NCBI GenBank assembly: GCA_965222515.1
Contig: CBDCUE010000021.1
Location: forward strand, 85,871-149,870
Source of the DNA: Rickettsiales bacterium
GTDB lineage: Bacteria; Pseudomonadota; Alphaproteobacteria; Rickettsiales; JABIRX01
DNA length: 64,000 bases
Reading direction: 5' to 3'
The notes beneath the pieces were generated by a model. The model made no database searches and was not told where the DNA came from. It saw only the letters and a list, made by a program, of their open reading frames with translations. Below are positions 1 to 9,712 of the stretch, in pieces. Positions within the stretch are counted from its first letter, which is position 1. Every line of letters begins with the position of its first letter. A program made the position numbers and the translations under genes.

Positions 1-11
1 ATCCTAGCAGA

Positions 12-1019
12 ATGGTAATTTTAGCAAAATATGATTTTTCTACTTCTAGAAATTCATTACTTGGGGTAATAAATCCAATCATCTTAAATTCTCCAAAATA
101 TATTAAACAACTTAAAAAAGATGTTAGCAACAAAACAAAAGAATTTTTGCAAGAAAAAAACTTTTCTAAATATTCTTTATCATTCAAAAAACAAAGATAC
201 ATAAAAAAAGAGTTAAAAACTAGTCAAATTAACAAATTAGACAAAACAATTGTGAGAGCTGAAAAAGATGAAATTGGAGTTTATCATTTTAGCAAAGAGA
301 AAAATGCTTTAAATCAAAACATATCTATTACTGCAGAAACAGTTTTGAACGGCAATAATTACATATCCATAGGAGTAACTAGAACCTTTCCTTTAGAACA
401 ACAGATCTCTACTGCAGAACTAGCAGTCATCTATAAAAAAGAAAAAGAATACATAAAATCTATTATTATTGCAAATGATAACAAGCAATATACTGAAATA
501 TCTTTTCACAAAAACAAAGTAAAAGTTCCAGATTTTCTAGGATTACTTAAATTTAAAAACAATAAAATTATAAAAAAATATAATAATGTTTTACAAAAAG
601 ATGGTATGTATGTCAAAAATATATTCATAGACACCTACTTAAAAAAAGATAAAAAAGACAATAAAGTTCTTACTTTTAACAATGTCAAAACCAAGGGTGC
701 AATATATATAGCACTTCCTAATGAAAAAAAATATCAACCTATATTATTAAGCGATAAAGAATATCTTGATGATATTTATAAAAACTATAACAAAAAATAT
801 TATTTAGATAATGCTAGAAGATATAAAGATGGTGTATTAGCTCTAAAATTTAATAATAAAAATATAATTTTATATTATTACACAATATTCAATAAAACAC
901 CTTTATTATACACTTATAATTTCATTGCAAAGAAAAATTTTGATATAGCAAAAGAGCAAAATATTATTGTTAAGAAAATTAGAAAGCATTTTGCAATGCT
1001 CAAGAAAATGAATTCTTAA
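12..1019 (+). CDS. hypothetical Lys/Asn-rich protein, possibly 5'-truncated by the window edge
   Basis: 335-aa ORF in track. No recognisable motif. Codons 3-11 upstream of the ATG carry no stop, so the frame is open to the window edge. Confidence 0.4.
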   Translation: MVILAKYDFSTSRNSLLGVINPIILNSPKYIKQLKKDVSNKTKEFLQEKNFSKYSLSFKKQRYIKKELKTSQINKLDKTIVRAEKDEIGVYHFSKEKNALNQNISITAETVLNGNNYISIGVTRTFPLEQQISTAELAVIYKKEKEYIKSIIIANDNKQYTEISFHKNKVKVPDFLGLLKFKNNKIIKKYNNVLQKDGMYVKNIFIDTYLKKDKKDNKVLTFNNVKTKGAIYIALPNEKKYQPILLSDKEYLDDIYKNYNKKYYLDNARRYKDGVLALKFNNKNIILYYYTIFNKTPLLYTYNFIAKKNFDIAKEQNIIVKKIRKHFAMLKKMNS

Positions 1020-1154
1020 TAAAAAAAGAATTTTTAAATAATTTTCTAAAAATTCCCGATTACCAGACTTGTCTCCACCTCATGGCCGTTAACAATTCTG
1101 AAACAAAACTCCTAGTATATATTATTAGTAAATTTGTGCATTTAACAAGAAAAA

Positions 1155-1252
1155 CCCTCCGCCGTCATCCTCGCGAAAGCGGGGATCCATTGTAGCAAAG
1201 GTCTGAAAAGACTGCAATCTACCTTGGATCCCCGCTTACGATTAAACGGCGA
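1155..1252. repeat. GC-rich palindromic element, copy 1 (RPE-like); inverted relative to copy 2 at 51917-52019
   Basis: Left arm ccctccgccgtcatcctcgcgaaagcggggatcc, with a degenerate right arm ggatccccgcttacgattaaacggcg. The central 41 nt is the reverse complement of the centre of the 51917-52019 copy. GC-rich island in AT-rich DNA. Confidence 0.75.
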
Positions 1253-2189
1253 CCAATTTTAGGAGTTTTTCTATGATGTCTTCAGCAGTAACATTGTCTA
1301 TTTCTGCTTTATAGTTTAAGATGATTCTGTGTCTTAAAATATTTACAGCAATTTTTTGAATATGATCGGGGGTAACATATTCAGCATTTTCTAAATAAGC
1401 TATTGCTTTTGCAGTTATGTTAAGAGAAATGGAGGCTCTTGGAGATGCACCATATTTAATGTATTCAGATAATGTTTTATCATATTTTTCTGCTTCTCTA
1501 GTGGCATTTACTAAGGTTACTATGTACTTTTTTAATTTCTCATCTATATAAATTTTCTTAAATTCTTCTCTTATATTAAGAATATCTTTTATTTCAATTA
1601 AAGGTTGTTTTTTTTGTTTGCCATTTTCATTTTCTACTAAATTTAAAATTTCTAATTCTTCTTGAATGCTAGGGTAAGAAATTTTTGTGTGTAACAAAAA
1701 TCTATCTAACTGTGCTTCAGGTAATGAATATGTTCCTTCTTGCTCTACTGGATTTTGGGTTGCTATTACTAAAAATACTTCTGGCAATTTATAGGTTTTT
1801 TTTCCTACTGTTATTTGTTTTTCACCCATTGCCTCTAATAAAGCAGATTGAACTTTTGCAGGAGAACGATTTACTTCATCTGCCAAAATGATATTAGCAA
1901 ATAATGGTCCTTCAGAAAATGAAAAACCACCAGTTTTTTCAATATAAATGTCTGTGCCAACAAGATCTGATGGCAATAGATCAGGTGTGAATTGAATTCT
2001 TTTAAATTGTGATTTAATGGAATTTGCCAATGCCTCAGCAGATCTAGTTTTTGCCAGTCCCGGCATTCCTTCAAGGAGGATATGCCCACCTGTGATTAAG
2101 GCAATGATTAAATTTTGGATTAATTCTTCTTGTCCAATAATATGTGTTTTTAAATAATTGTGGACTAGATCTAATTTTTTTTTACTCAT
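1242..2189 (-). CDS. MoxR-family AAA+ ATPase
   Basis: Walker A LLEGMPGLAKT, Walker B/sensor region ILADEVNRSPAKVQSALLEAMGEKQITV, and 315 aa, typical of MoxR/RavA-like ATPases. Confidence 0.9.
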   Translation of the reverse strand: MSKKKLDLVHNYLKTHIIGQEELIQNLIIALITGGHILLEGMPGLAKTRSAEALANSIKSQFKRIQFTPDLLPSDLVGTDIYIEKTGGFSFSEGPLFANIILADEVNRSPAKVQSALLEAMGEKQITVGKKTYKLPEVFLVIATQNPVEQEGTYSLPEAQLDRFLLHTKISYPSIQEELEILNLVENENGKQKKQPLIEIKDILNIREEFKKIYIDEKLKKYIVTLVNATREAEKYDKTLSEYIKYGASPRASISLNITAKAIAYLENAEYVTPDHIQKIAVNILRHRIILNYKAEIDNVTAEDIIEKLLKLVAV

Positions 2190-3924
2190 AATAAATTTTA
2201 CCTTTTTTTATAAAAATTTTTAATTTTTGAAATTGCCTTAAATTATGCCGTGAAATAGTTGTAGTGCTAAAGCAATTATCAAAAGTTACTCGGTTGTAAA
2301 TTACTAAATCTACTTTTTTGCAAATATCTTGCAAATGAATATAAGTAATTTTTTTATTAATAAAAGATATTTTTATATTTTCTTTTTCATAGAAACAAAT
2401 TTTATCTTGGCAATTAAATTTTATATTTTTTTCTTCTATTTTGCTATCTTGTAAATTAATTAATTTGGTTTCTCCAAAAAGATTTTTTATTTTTTTTCTC
2501 AAAAATTCTCTTTTTGGTTTTTTAGAGATCAAATAATTATTATTATCACTTTTAATTAGAAAAAAATTATTTTTTTCAAATAAGATAATATCAGAATCAT
2601 TACTAGAAATAAACAAGCTACAGCCATATAAAATAATTGAAAGAATTATTGTTTTATAATCTTTTTTAAAACAAATTAAGCTAACTAATATAATTAATAA
2701 AGCAAATAAAGAAAATTTATTAGGTTTTAATATTTTGATAGAATCCAAATTATATTGAGCAAAAAAACTGGCAATATCTCCTAAAAAATTTAAACAAATA
2801 TCAAAAATATAAAATAAATTTATAGAAAAAAAACCATCCATTATTATTGAAAAAATACCAAGAGGCATAATTATTAAAGTCACTAAAGGAATGGCAAAAA
2901 TATTAGCAAATGGACTGATAATTGATCCTGAAGAAAAATAAAAAAGACTGATGGGTAAAACAAATATAGAAATTATAGAAGAGGTAATAAATATTTTAAT
3001 GGCATAGTTATAATTATGCATTTTTGGTAAATATTTCATAGTTATAATAATGGCACAAATTGCGGTAAATGATAACTGAAAGCCTACTAAAAATAAATTA
3101 TAAGGATTAATTAATAAAATTACGGCACTAGTTAAAAGAGTGATGTTTATTAAAGATGGAATGACAGCAAAAAGATAAGCAAGAGAAAAGAACATTAGAA
3201 AAATAAAAGCTCTTTGTCCAGAGATAGGAAAATCTGCCAAAAATAAAAAAAAATATGCAACTAGCAAACTGAGTAATAAAGATATTTTTCTATTATCATA
3301 TTTTTCTGAAAGATTCTTGAATAAACTAAAAAACTTGTGAAATAATAGAAAAAATATTAGTGCTATACCTCCAATATGAAGACCAGAAATTGCTAAAATA
3401 TGTGCGATACCTGCTTCTTGAAAATCTTTATATATTTTTTTATCTAATTCTTTTTTGTTTCCTGTAAGCAATGAAATTGCAAGAGGACTTTTACTTTTTT
3501 CTTTGACATTTCTGATTATTTTATCTTTTATTTTAGCAAAAATAGAGATTTTTGAAGTTTTGATAATTTTTACCTCAGTATTTTTTTTAACAGAAACATT
3601 AGCACTAACATCAGGATGTGCATAAGAAACATTATAATCATTAGCTGATAAAGGCTGATTTAAAGGAAAAATATAGCCACTAAATTGCAAAACATCATTT
3701 TTATGATATAAAGAGCAGAGTTTTTTACAGTAAAAAAGATATTTTTTATCAGTTTTTTGCAAAATCAATTTATTACTAAATTTTTGCACCACCTGCCATT
3801 GTTTATTTTTTTGATAAGAAAAAAAATATTGTTTTTTTGTAGGATTATTTATTTTAATAAGTAAAAAACTTATGATAAAAATATAAATAATAATGGCCAG
3901 ATAGATGTTTTTATTATAAGTCAT
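2182..3924 (-). CDS. comEC: ComEC/Rec2-family competence membrane protein
   Basis: Polytopic membrane protein with the ComEC core motif GIAHILAISGLHIG. 8-nt overlap with the downstream MoxR-like gene. Confidence 0.8.
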   Translation of the reverse strand: MTYNKNIYLAIIIYIFIISFLLIKINNPTKKQYFFSYQKNKQWQVVQKFSNKLILQKTDKKYLFYCKKLCSLYHKNDVLQFSGYIFPLNQPLSANDYNVSYAHPDVSANVSVKKNTEVKIIKTSKISIFAKIKDKIIRNVKEKSKSPLAISLLTGNKKELDKKIYKDFQEAGIAHILAISGLHIGGIALIFFLLFHKFFSLFKNLSEKYDNRKISLLLSLLVAYFFLFLADFPISGQRAFIFLMFFSLAYLFAVIPSLINITLLTSAVILLINPYNLFLVGFQLSFTAICAIIITMKYLPKMHNYNYAIKIFITSSIISIFVLPISLFYFSSGSIISPFANIFAIPLVTLIIMPLGIFSIIMDGFFSINLFYIFDICLNFLGDIASFFAQYNLDSIKILKPNKFSLFALLIILVSLICFKKDYKTIILSIILYGCSLFISSNDSDIILFEKNNFFLIKSDNNNYLISKKPKREFLRKKIKNLFGETKLINLQDSKIEEKNIKFNCQDKICFYEKENIKISFINKKITYIHLQDICKKVDLVIYNRVTFDNCFSTTTISRHNLRQFQKLKIFIKKGKIYYE

Positions 3925-3980
3925 TAAAGGGGGTTATGTTAAAAAAATGACAAAGTAAGACAAGAAGTAAGCGGGTATTT

Positions 3981-4036
3981 ATACTATCTCTAGTTATTAA
4001 TTTAATACTTAATCAAATAATAACTGGATATAGTAT
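3981..4036 (-). terminator. imperfect 19-bp inverted repeat immediately 3' of rnpB; same sequence family as the palindrome at 53010-53050
   Basis: atactatctctagttatta (3981-3999) versus the reverse complement of taataactggatatagtat (4018-4036): 17/19 match with an 18-nt spacer. Confidence 0.4.
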
Positions 4037-4037
4037 A

Positions 4038-4421
4038 GAGATAAATCTATAAGCTGGATTTTGTGTAAAGTAGTTATTTATCTTGAATAATTATCACTAA
4101 TTATTTCTAGCAATCTACCCAAATAGCAGAATATGAAGAATATTCCAAAATATCTTTAGATATTTTGTAGCTATTTCTATTTGATTTTGCACCTAGTGGG
4201 GTTTAGCCTAGCATTTTTTGTTACCAAAAAACCGGTAAGCTCTTACCTTACCTTTTCACCCTTACCTAAAAAAATAGGCGGTTATTTTCTGTGCCACTGG
4301 CCTTAAATAATTTTAAATAAAATTATCCACTTGAAGTTATCAAGCACTATTTCTCCATGGTGTCCAGACTTTCCTCTGTTGCAGATTTAAAATTTACAAC
4401 AGCAACTACAAGATTTATCAA
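4038..4421 (-). ncRNA. rnpB: RNase P RNA (bacterial type A)
   Basis: Minus-strand reading contains the conserved blocks GAGGAAAGTCTGGACAC (P4 5' strand), CAGTGGCACAGAAAATAACCGCC, GGTAAGGGTGAAAAGGTAAGGTAAGAGCTTACCGG and ACAAAATCCAGCTTATAG. The terminal P1 helix is gataaatct/agatttatc. Ends are approximate. Confidence 0.85.
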
Positions 4422-4496
4422 AAAAGATTATAAAGACTTTTATTTAATTAAAAACTATATTATTTTTGTAATTAACTTAAAAAAAAATTAAAAAGT

Positions 4497-5159
4497 ATGG
4501 CTATTATTGAATTAAAAAATCTTACTAAATTTTATGGTATTAAACATAGTAAAGTTGAAATTTTTAAAGATGTTAATTTTAAAATAAATAAAGGAGACAA
4601 CATAGCTTTAGTTGGTCCTAGTGGTAGCGGAAAAACAACTTTATTACAAATTTTAGGACTTTTGGATGTTCCTTGCTCTGGCTCAATATTATTTAATGAT
4701 AAAAAAGTAACTACAGAAAAAGAAAGAGTTAAATTTCGTAGAGAATCAATTGGCTTCATATATCAATTTCATCATTTAATGCCAGAATTCACAGCAATAG
4801 AAAATGTTATTATGCCCTTAATGATTAATAAAAAAAGCAAAAAAGAATCATTATTAGAAGCAGAAGAAATATTGATTTCTTTGGGTTTAAAAAACAGAAT
4901 GAATAACAGGCCTCATAGTTTATCAGGTGGAGAAAGACAAAGAGTATCCATTGCTAGAGGCTTGGTGCATAAGCCTGAAATATTATTAGCAGATGAGCCA
5001 ACTGGAAATTTAGACCCCTCTAATGCAGATAATATTTTTAATATCTTTCTTTCCGAATTAAAAAAGAGAAATCAAACTTCAATAATAGTAACTCACTCTC
5101 AAGATATAGCTAAAAAATGTGCTAAAATCATTACCATATCTAATAAAAATTTAAAATGA
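4497..5159 (+). CDS. lolD: lipoprotein-releasing ABC transporter ATP-binding protein LolD-like
   Basis: Walker A GPSGSGKTT, signature LSGGERQRVSIARGL, Walker B ILLADEPTGNLD. 220 aa. Confidence 0.8.
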   Translation: MAIIELKNLTKFYGIKHSKVEIFKDVNFKINKGDNIALVGPSGSGKTTLLQILGLLDVPCSGSILFNDKKVTTEKERVKFRRESIGFIYQFHHLMPEFTAIENVIMPLMINKKSKKESLLEAEEILISLGLKNRMNNRPHSLSGGERQRVSIARGLVHKPEILLADEPTGNLDPSNADNIFNIFLSELKKRNQTSIIVTHSQDIAKKCAKIITISNKNLK

Positions 5160-5383
5160 TTAGTTTTTTAATGATCTATTTTTTAATTTGGTGGATATTA
5201 TTATTTGTATCTTTGCCTATTTGTATTAAAGAAAAAGAAACTAACACTAAAAAAATCTATAAAAAAGAAATAACAAAAATTTATTTACTACCAAAGCTAT
5301 TAATTATCACCATCACATCTTTACCCTTAGCTTATTTTTTTAATGAATATTTAAAAGAAATGATTATAGAATTTTTAAAATAA
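5156..5383 (+). CDS. small membrane protein, DUF1467-like
   Basis: 75 aa. The N-terminal IYFLIWWILLFVSLP resembles the alphaproteobacterial DUF1467 signature. 4-nt overlap with lolD. Confidence 0.5.
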   Translation: MISFLMIYFLIWWILLFVSLPICIKEKETNTKKIYKKEITKIYLLPKLLIITITSLPLAYFFNEYLKEMIIEFLK

Positions 5384-6478
5384 ATAATTCCTTCTACATC
5401 TATGTCCCAAAGAGGCGATTATTTCGTATGAAATTGTTTCTGCTCTTGATGCTAGCTGGCTTAATTTAACATTTTCTCCAATAATTTCTACCTCATCACC
5501 TATCTTTATTTCATTTTTTTTAAAAGATGAAATATCTATCATAATCATATCCATAGATACATAACCCAAAACAGGCACTGATTTATTTTTTATATAAACA
5601 TAGCTTTTATTTGAAAGTGATCTTAAATATCCATCAGCATATCCTATGGGGACAGTTGCTAAAACCATATTTTTGGCCACGGGACAAATATTGCCATATC
5701 CTACCATACCATCTTCTTCTATTTTTTTGATATGAATCACTTTTGACATAAGATTAAAAACCTGTTCCATAGGATTTGCTTTAAAATATGGTGTAGGATT
5801 AATCCCAAAAAGCCCAGCACCTGGTCTTACTAAATCAAAATGATATTCTTTTCCTAAAAAAATACCTGAAGAATTTACTAAACTATATTTATAATTAGGT
5901 AACAACTTAATGATTTCTTTAAATCTATTTAACTGCTCCTTATTCCTAACATTATCTATTTGATTAGCACAAGCTAGATGTCCTATAACATATAAAACAT
6001 CTATATTTGATAAGATTTTTCTTGTGGTTTTTGCTATTTTTTTGACTTCTAAAAAACTAATGGCCTGTCTATTAAGTCCTGTTTCTATATGCAAAATTGC
6101 TGAGAATTTTTGATTTTGTTTTTTAGCAAAATCATTCCAAATATTTATTTGAGCCAAATCATTAAGGACAGGAACTAAATTACATTCTGCAAAAGCTTCT
6201 ATTTCATCATATTTAATACCATTTAAAATATAAATATTACCTTTTTTACTTAAATTTCTCAAAAAAATCCCCTCTCCTAAAGTGGCCACAAAAAAATCCT
6301 GACAATCCACCTCTAATAATGCCAAAAAAATCTTACCTACTCCAAGACCATAAGCATCAGCCTTTAACACAGTAGAAGTTTTTGCAGGAGCTACTTGCTC
6401 TTGATAAGTTTTATAATTTTTTTGAATTTTTGACAAATCTACATTTAAAGTAATATCAAAAAATTTATTTTTATACAT
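5375..6478 (-). CDS. alr: alanine racemase
   Basis: PLP-lysine motif VLKADAYGLG near the N-terminus. 367 aa. C-terminal ISYEI...R motif. Confidence 0.9.
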   Translation of the reverse strand: MYKNKFFDITLNVDLSKIQKNYKTYQEQVAPAKTSTVLKADAYGLGVGKIFLALLEVDCQDFFVATLGEGIFLRNLSKKGNIYILNGIKYDEIEAFAECNLVPVLNDLAQINIWNDFAKKQNQKFSAILHIETGLNRQAISFLEVKKIAKTTRKILSNIDVLYVIGHLACANQIDNVRNKEQLNRFKEIIKLLPNYKYSLVNSSGIFLGKEYHFDLVRPGAGLFGINPTPYFKANPMEQVFNLMSKVIHIKKIEEDGMVGYGNICPVAKNMVLATVPIGYADGYLRSLSNKSYVYIKNKSVPVLGYVSMDMIMIDISSFKKNEIKIGDEVEIIGENVKLSQLASRAETISYEIIASLGHRCRRNYLF

Positions 6479-6514
6479 ATTTTAGCTATTAATATTATAC
6501 AAGAGTCTTACTTT

Positions 6515-6976
6515 TTATTCTACTCTCTTTTTTTTAAAAATATCATTAGCTCTTTTTTCAAATGCTAAGGTCATTTTTCTATATGCAGTTTCAAAAAAAA
6601 AAGAGAAAATTTTATTCAAAAAAAAAGAATTTAATTCTATATCTATATCAAAAAGAATTCTGGTTTTATTTGCAGATATTTTTTGAAATTGCCATTTTGT
6701 TTTTAAGATTTTAAAAGGACCAGAAATTAATGCAACATCTATAATATAGTTATTATCTTCGTAAGAAGAAACCGTTTTTGAAATATAATCATAGTTAAAT
6801 GCCTTAAAATCTACCGTAGTTCTAGCATAGAAAATATCTTCTCCCTTTCTTTCTGTAATAATTATTTTTTTGCACCAAGGTAAAAATTCTGAATATTTTT
6901 CAACCTCCATAACTAATTCATAAAGCTGTTTATTAGAAAAATCTAAAATTTTACTTTCTGAGTGAGTATGTATCAT
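6515..6976 (-). CDS. SRPBCC (START-like) protein, RatA/COQ10 family
   Basis: 153 aa. The EKYSEFLPWC motif is typical of the polyketide cyclase/dehydrase RatA-COQ10 family. Confidence 0.7.
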   Translation of the reverse strand: MIHTHSESKILDFSNKQLYELVMEVEKYSEFLPWCKKIIITERKGEDIFYARTTVDFKAFNYDYISKTVSSYEDNNYIIDVALISGPFKILKTKWQFQKISANKTRILFDIDIELNSFFLNKIFSFFFETAYRKMTLAFEKRANDIFKKKRVE

Positions 6977-7554
6977 TTTTTTAATAAATTACTTATAATA
7001 TTTTCTAAATCACGAAATAACCTATCTTTTTTATAAATATTATTCAATACCCAATTTGCTAGATTTTCTTTGTTTTTGAATTTTCTTTGTTTTTTTAAAA
7101 TCTCTGCTAATTTATCCAAACTACCCTTATTTCTTAGCAAGAATCTTTCTTGTTGCAATTCTTTTGAAGTTTTTATATAAATAACATAATCACATTTTTT
7201 ATCCAAACCATTTTCAAATAACAAAGCAATATCTAAAAATAATAAGTCTTCATCTATGTTCTTTTTTAAAAAATTATCTAGTTCTTTTTTAACCAAAGGA
7301 TGTAAAATTCTTTCCAATAAATGCAAAATACCTTGATCAAAAAAAGCCAAATCAGATAATTTCTGCTTGTTAATTTTGTTGTTTTCAATAATTTCTGGTA
7401 TTTTTTTTTCTATCTCAACAATAAAAGATTCTTTTGTATAAATTTCTTCAACTATTTTATCAGCATCAAATATTTTATATTTCTTTTCTTGCAAATAATC
7501 AGAAATAATAGTTTTTCCAGAAGCTATTTCTCCTGTTAAACCCACAATTTTCAT
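6973..7554 (-). CDS. coaE: dephospho-CoA kinase
   Basis: N-terminal P-loop IVGLTGEIASGKT. 193 aa. Confidence 0.85.
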   Translation of the reverse strand: MKIVGLTGEIASGKTIISDYLQEKKYKIFDADKIVEEIYTKESFIVEIEKKIPEIIENNKINKQKLSDLAFFDQGILHLLERILHPLVKKELDNFLKKNIDEDLLFLDIALLFENGLDKKCDYVIYIKTSKELQQERFLLRNKGSLDKLAEILKKQRKFKNKENLANWVLNNIYKKDRLFRDLENIISNLLKK

Positions 7555-8102
7555 TTAGCAATACCAATAATTCCTCCCGCTACTTTTTTTCCTGCATTAC
7601 CTACCTTCCCTGTTCCATCATCTTCATCTTGATGAATAATAATCGTTCTACCAATAATATTGTTTGGACCTGATAGTTTTATATTTGAATTATTAAAATT
7701 CATTGATATTTTATAATATTCATCAGCAACAATATTTCCTAAATCTCCTATATGCCTTTCTTTTATATTTAAAGTTGAATGTTCGTGATTATTAGGATTA
7801 AAATGACTTCCTACATTATTAAATTTTTCATCAGTCAAATCTCCATATTGATGAATATGAAAACCATGCCTACCTGTTGCAATATTTTTAATATCAACTG
7901 CAATATTGATAGTTCTATCTTCATTTTCAGTGAATTTTATTTTACCCAAAATTCTGCCTGTTCTTGATGCCCTAACCACTGCAACAGCCTTTTTTACAGA
8001 GCTGATTTTTGGCAAGTCTATTCTTTTTAGTTTACCACTATCTTTTACAAGAAAATTACAAGATGTAGTAAATAAAACAAAAACTAATAGAATTTTATTC
8101 AT
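7551..8102 (-). CDS. sodC: periplasmic Cu,Zn superoxide dismutase
   Basis: GFHIHQYGD and GNAGKKVAGGIIG motifs, plus an N-terminal signal sequence ending ...TTSC. Confidence 0.9.
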   Translation of the reverse strand: MNKILLVFVLFTTSCNFLVKDSGKLKRIDLPKISSVKKAVAVVRASRTGRILGKIKFTENEDRTINIAVDIKNIATGRHGFHIHQYGDLTDEKFNNVGSHFNPNNHEHSTLNIKERHIGDLGNIVADEYYKISMNFNNSNIKLSGPNNIIGRTIIIHQDEDDGTGKVGNAGKKVAGGIIGIAK

Positions 8103-8958
8103 AATAATTATTTTTAAAAAATACAGTTATTTTCTCTAAAGCCCTTTCTTCAATTTGCCTAACTCTTTCTAAAGAAATATTATATTTATTGCTTAAATCT
8201 TTTAGAGTTATAGCTTTCTCACTTAATTTTCTAGCATAAATCACTTCTTTCTCCCTGTCATTTAGAATTTGCATTGATTTATATAAAATGTTTCTTTTAT
8301 TTTCTGTTTCTTGATTTTTTAACACAATTTCTTCTTGAGTAGCTTGCTCTAATATTATTGTATCTAGCAAAGAACTAGATTCTTCCTCTTCCTCATTTTT
8401 TATCTTATCTTCTAAATAAATATCTGCTTGACCTAATCTTGAAAGCATTTCTTTAGTGTCTTTTATAGAAACACCCATTTCCACTGCCATATCCTTGATG
8501 TTATCTTCACTAAGAGATGCACCTGAATAATCCAAAATTTTTTTCTTAACTTTACTTAAATTAAAAAATATCTTTTTTTGAGCAGCTGTTGTACCAATTT
8601 TTACTAATGACCAAGATTTTAAAATATATTCTTGAATTTGAGCTTTGATCCAAAGCATTGCATAGGTAGATAATCTAACCCCTTTTTTTATATCAAATTT
8701 TTTAATAGACCTCATTAAACCAATATTTCCTTCAGAAATAATATCCATTAAAGAAATTCCATAATTCTTGTAAGAAAAAGCTATTTTTACTACTAACTTT
8801 AAATGAGAAGTGATTAGTTTTTGAGCAGATTTTAAATCTCCTTGATCCTGATATTTAGCAAACAAACATTGTTCTTCCTCTAATGATAGTAAAGGGATTT
8901 TATTTATCTCCTTAATATATATTTGTAATTCCGAAGAATTACTTAGAATTGGCAACAT
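8095..8958 (-). CDS. rpoH: RNA polymerase sigma-32 (heat-shock) factor
   Basis: Sigma-70 region 2 (ISEGNIGLMRSIKKFD), RpoH-box-like TTAAQKKIFFNLSK, and a region 4 HTH (ISLERVRQIEERAL). Confidence 0.9.
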   Translation of the reverse strand: MLPILSNSSELQIYIKEINKIPLLSLEEEQCLFAKYQDQGDLKSAQKLITSHLKLVVKIAFSYKNYGISLMDIISEGNIGLMRSIKKFDIKKGVRLSTYAMLWIKAQIQEYILKSWSLVKIGTTAAQKKIFFNLSKVKKKILDYSGASLSEDNIKDMAVEMGVSIKDTKEMLSRLGQADIYLEDKIKNEEEEESSSLLDTIILEQATQEEIVLKNQETENKRNILYKSMQILNDREKEVIYARKLSEKAITLKDLSNKYNISLERVRQIEERALEKITVFFKNNYYE

Positions 8959-9059
8959 TTTTTTATTTTTAATTAGTATATATTAAAACAAAATTGATTT
9001 GTTTTGTATATTATTAAGATCGTTGCACAAACGAATCTTTTCCATTATTAAAATATAGT

Positions 9060-9311
9060 TTATACTGCTTGAACTAAAGCAATTGTTTTGGCTTTTGTTT
9101 TTTTGAAAGCTACAACTCCATTAATTAATGAATAAATTGTGTGATCTTTTCCTAAACCAACATTTTCTCCTGGATAATATTTTGTCCCTCTTTGTCTTAA
9201 AATAATTTGACCTGCTTTTATTACTTGACCAGCATATAATTTGATACCCAGCCTTCTACCTGCCGAGTCTCTACCGTTTCTGGAACTACCACCTGATTTT
9301 TTATGAGCCAT
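9060..9311 (-). CDS. rpmA: 50S ribosomal protein L27
   Basis: [25 protein letters not shown]-terminus. Confidence 0.95.
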   Translation of the reverse strand: MAHKKSGGSSRNGRDSAGRRLGIKLYAGQVIKAGQIILRQRGTKYYPGENVGLGKDHTIYSLINGVVAFKKTKAKTIALVQAV

Positions 9312-9331
9312 TTTTCTGTATTATTTAGTTA

Positions 9332-9646
9332 TTAGTTAAGTTTTATATCGCTAATTTTTACAAGAGTATATTCTTGCTTATGACCTATTTTTCTTCTGTA
9401 ATTATGTCTTCTTTTCTTTTTAAACACTATAATTTTTTTATCTCTTTCATTACCAACAACCGTAGCTGTAACAGTTGCTCCTGCTACATTTGGAGCTCCT
9501 ATATGAGATTCTTTACCATCATTTAGTAATAAAACATTATCAAAAGTAACAAAGGCATCTTTTTCCAGATCAGTCCTGTCAATTTTTATTAGTTCATCTT
9601 TATTAGCTTTATATTGCTTTCCGTTATTTTCAAATATTGCAAACAT
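9332..9646 (-). CDS. rplU: 50S ribosomal protein L21
   Basis: MFAIFENNGKQYKA... and the KKRRHNYRRKIGHKQ motif. Confidence 0.95.
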   Translation of the reverse strand: MFAIFENNGKQYKANKDELIKIDRTDLEKDAFVTFDNVLLLNDGKESHIGAPNVAGATVTATVVGNERDKKIIVFKKKRRHNYRRKIGHKQEYTLVKISDIKLN

Positions 9647-9712
9647 AGTTTTTTATAAAATATTTTATGAAAATGAAATATAATATGATTATTTAATAAT
9701 GTCAATTATTTA

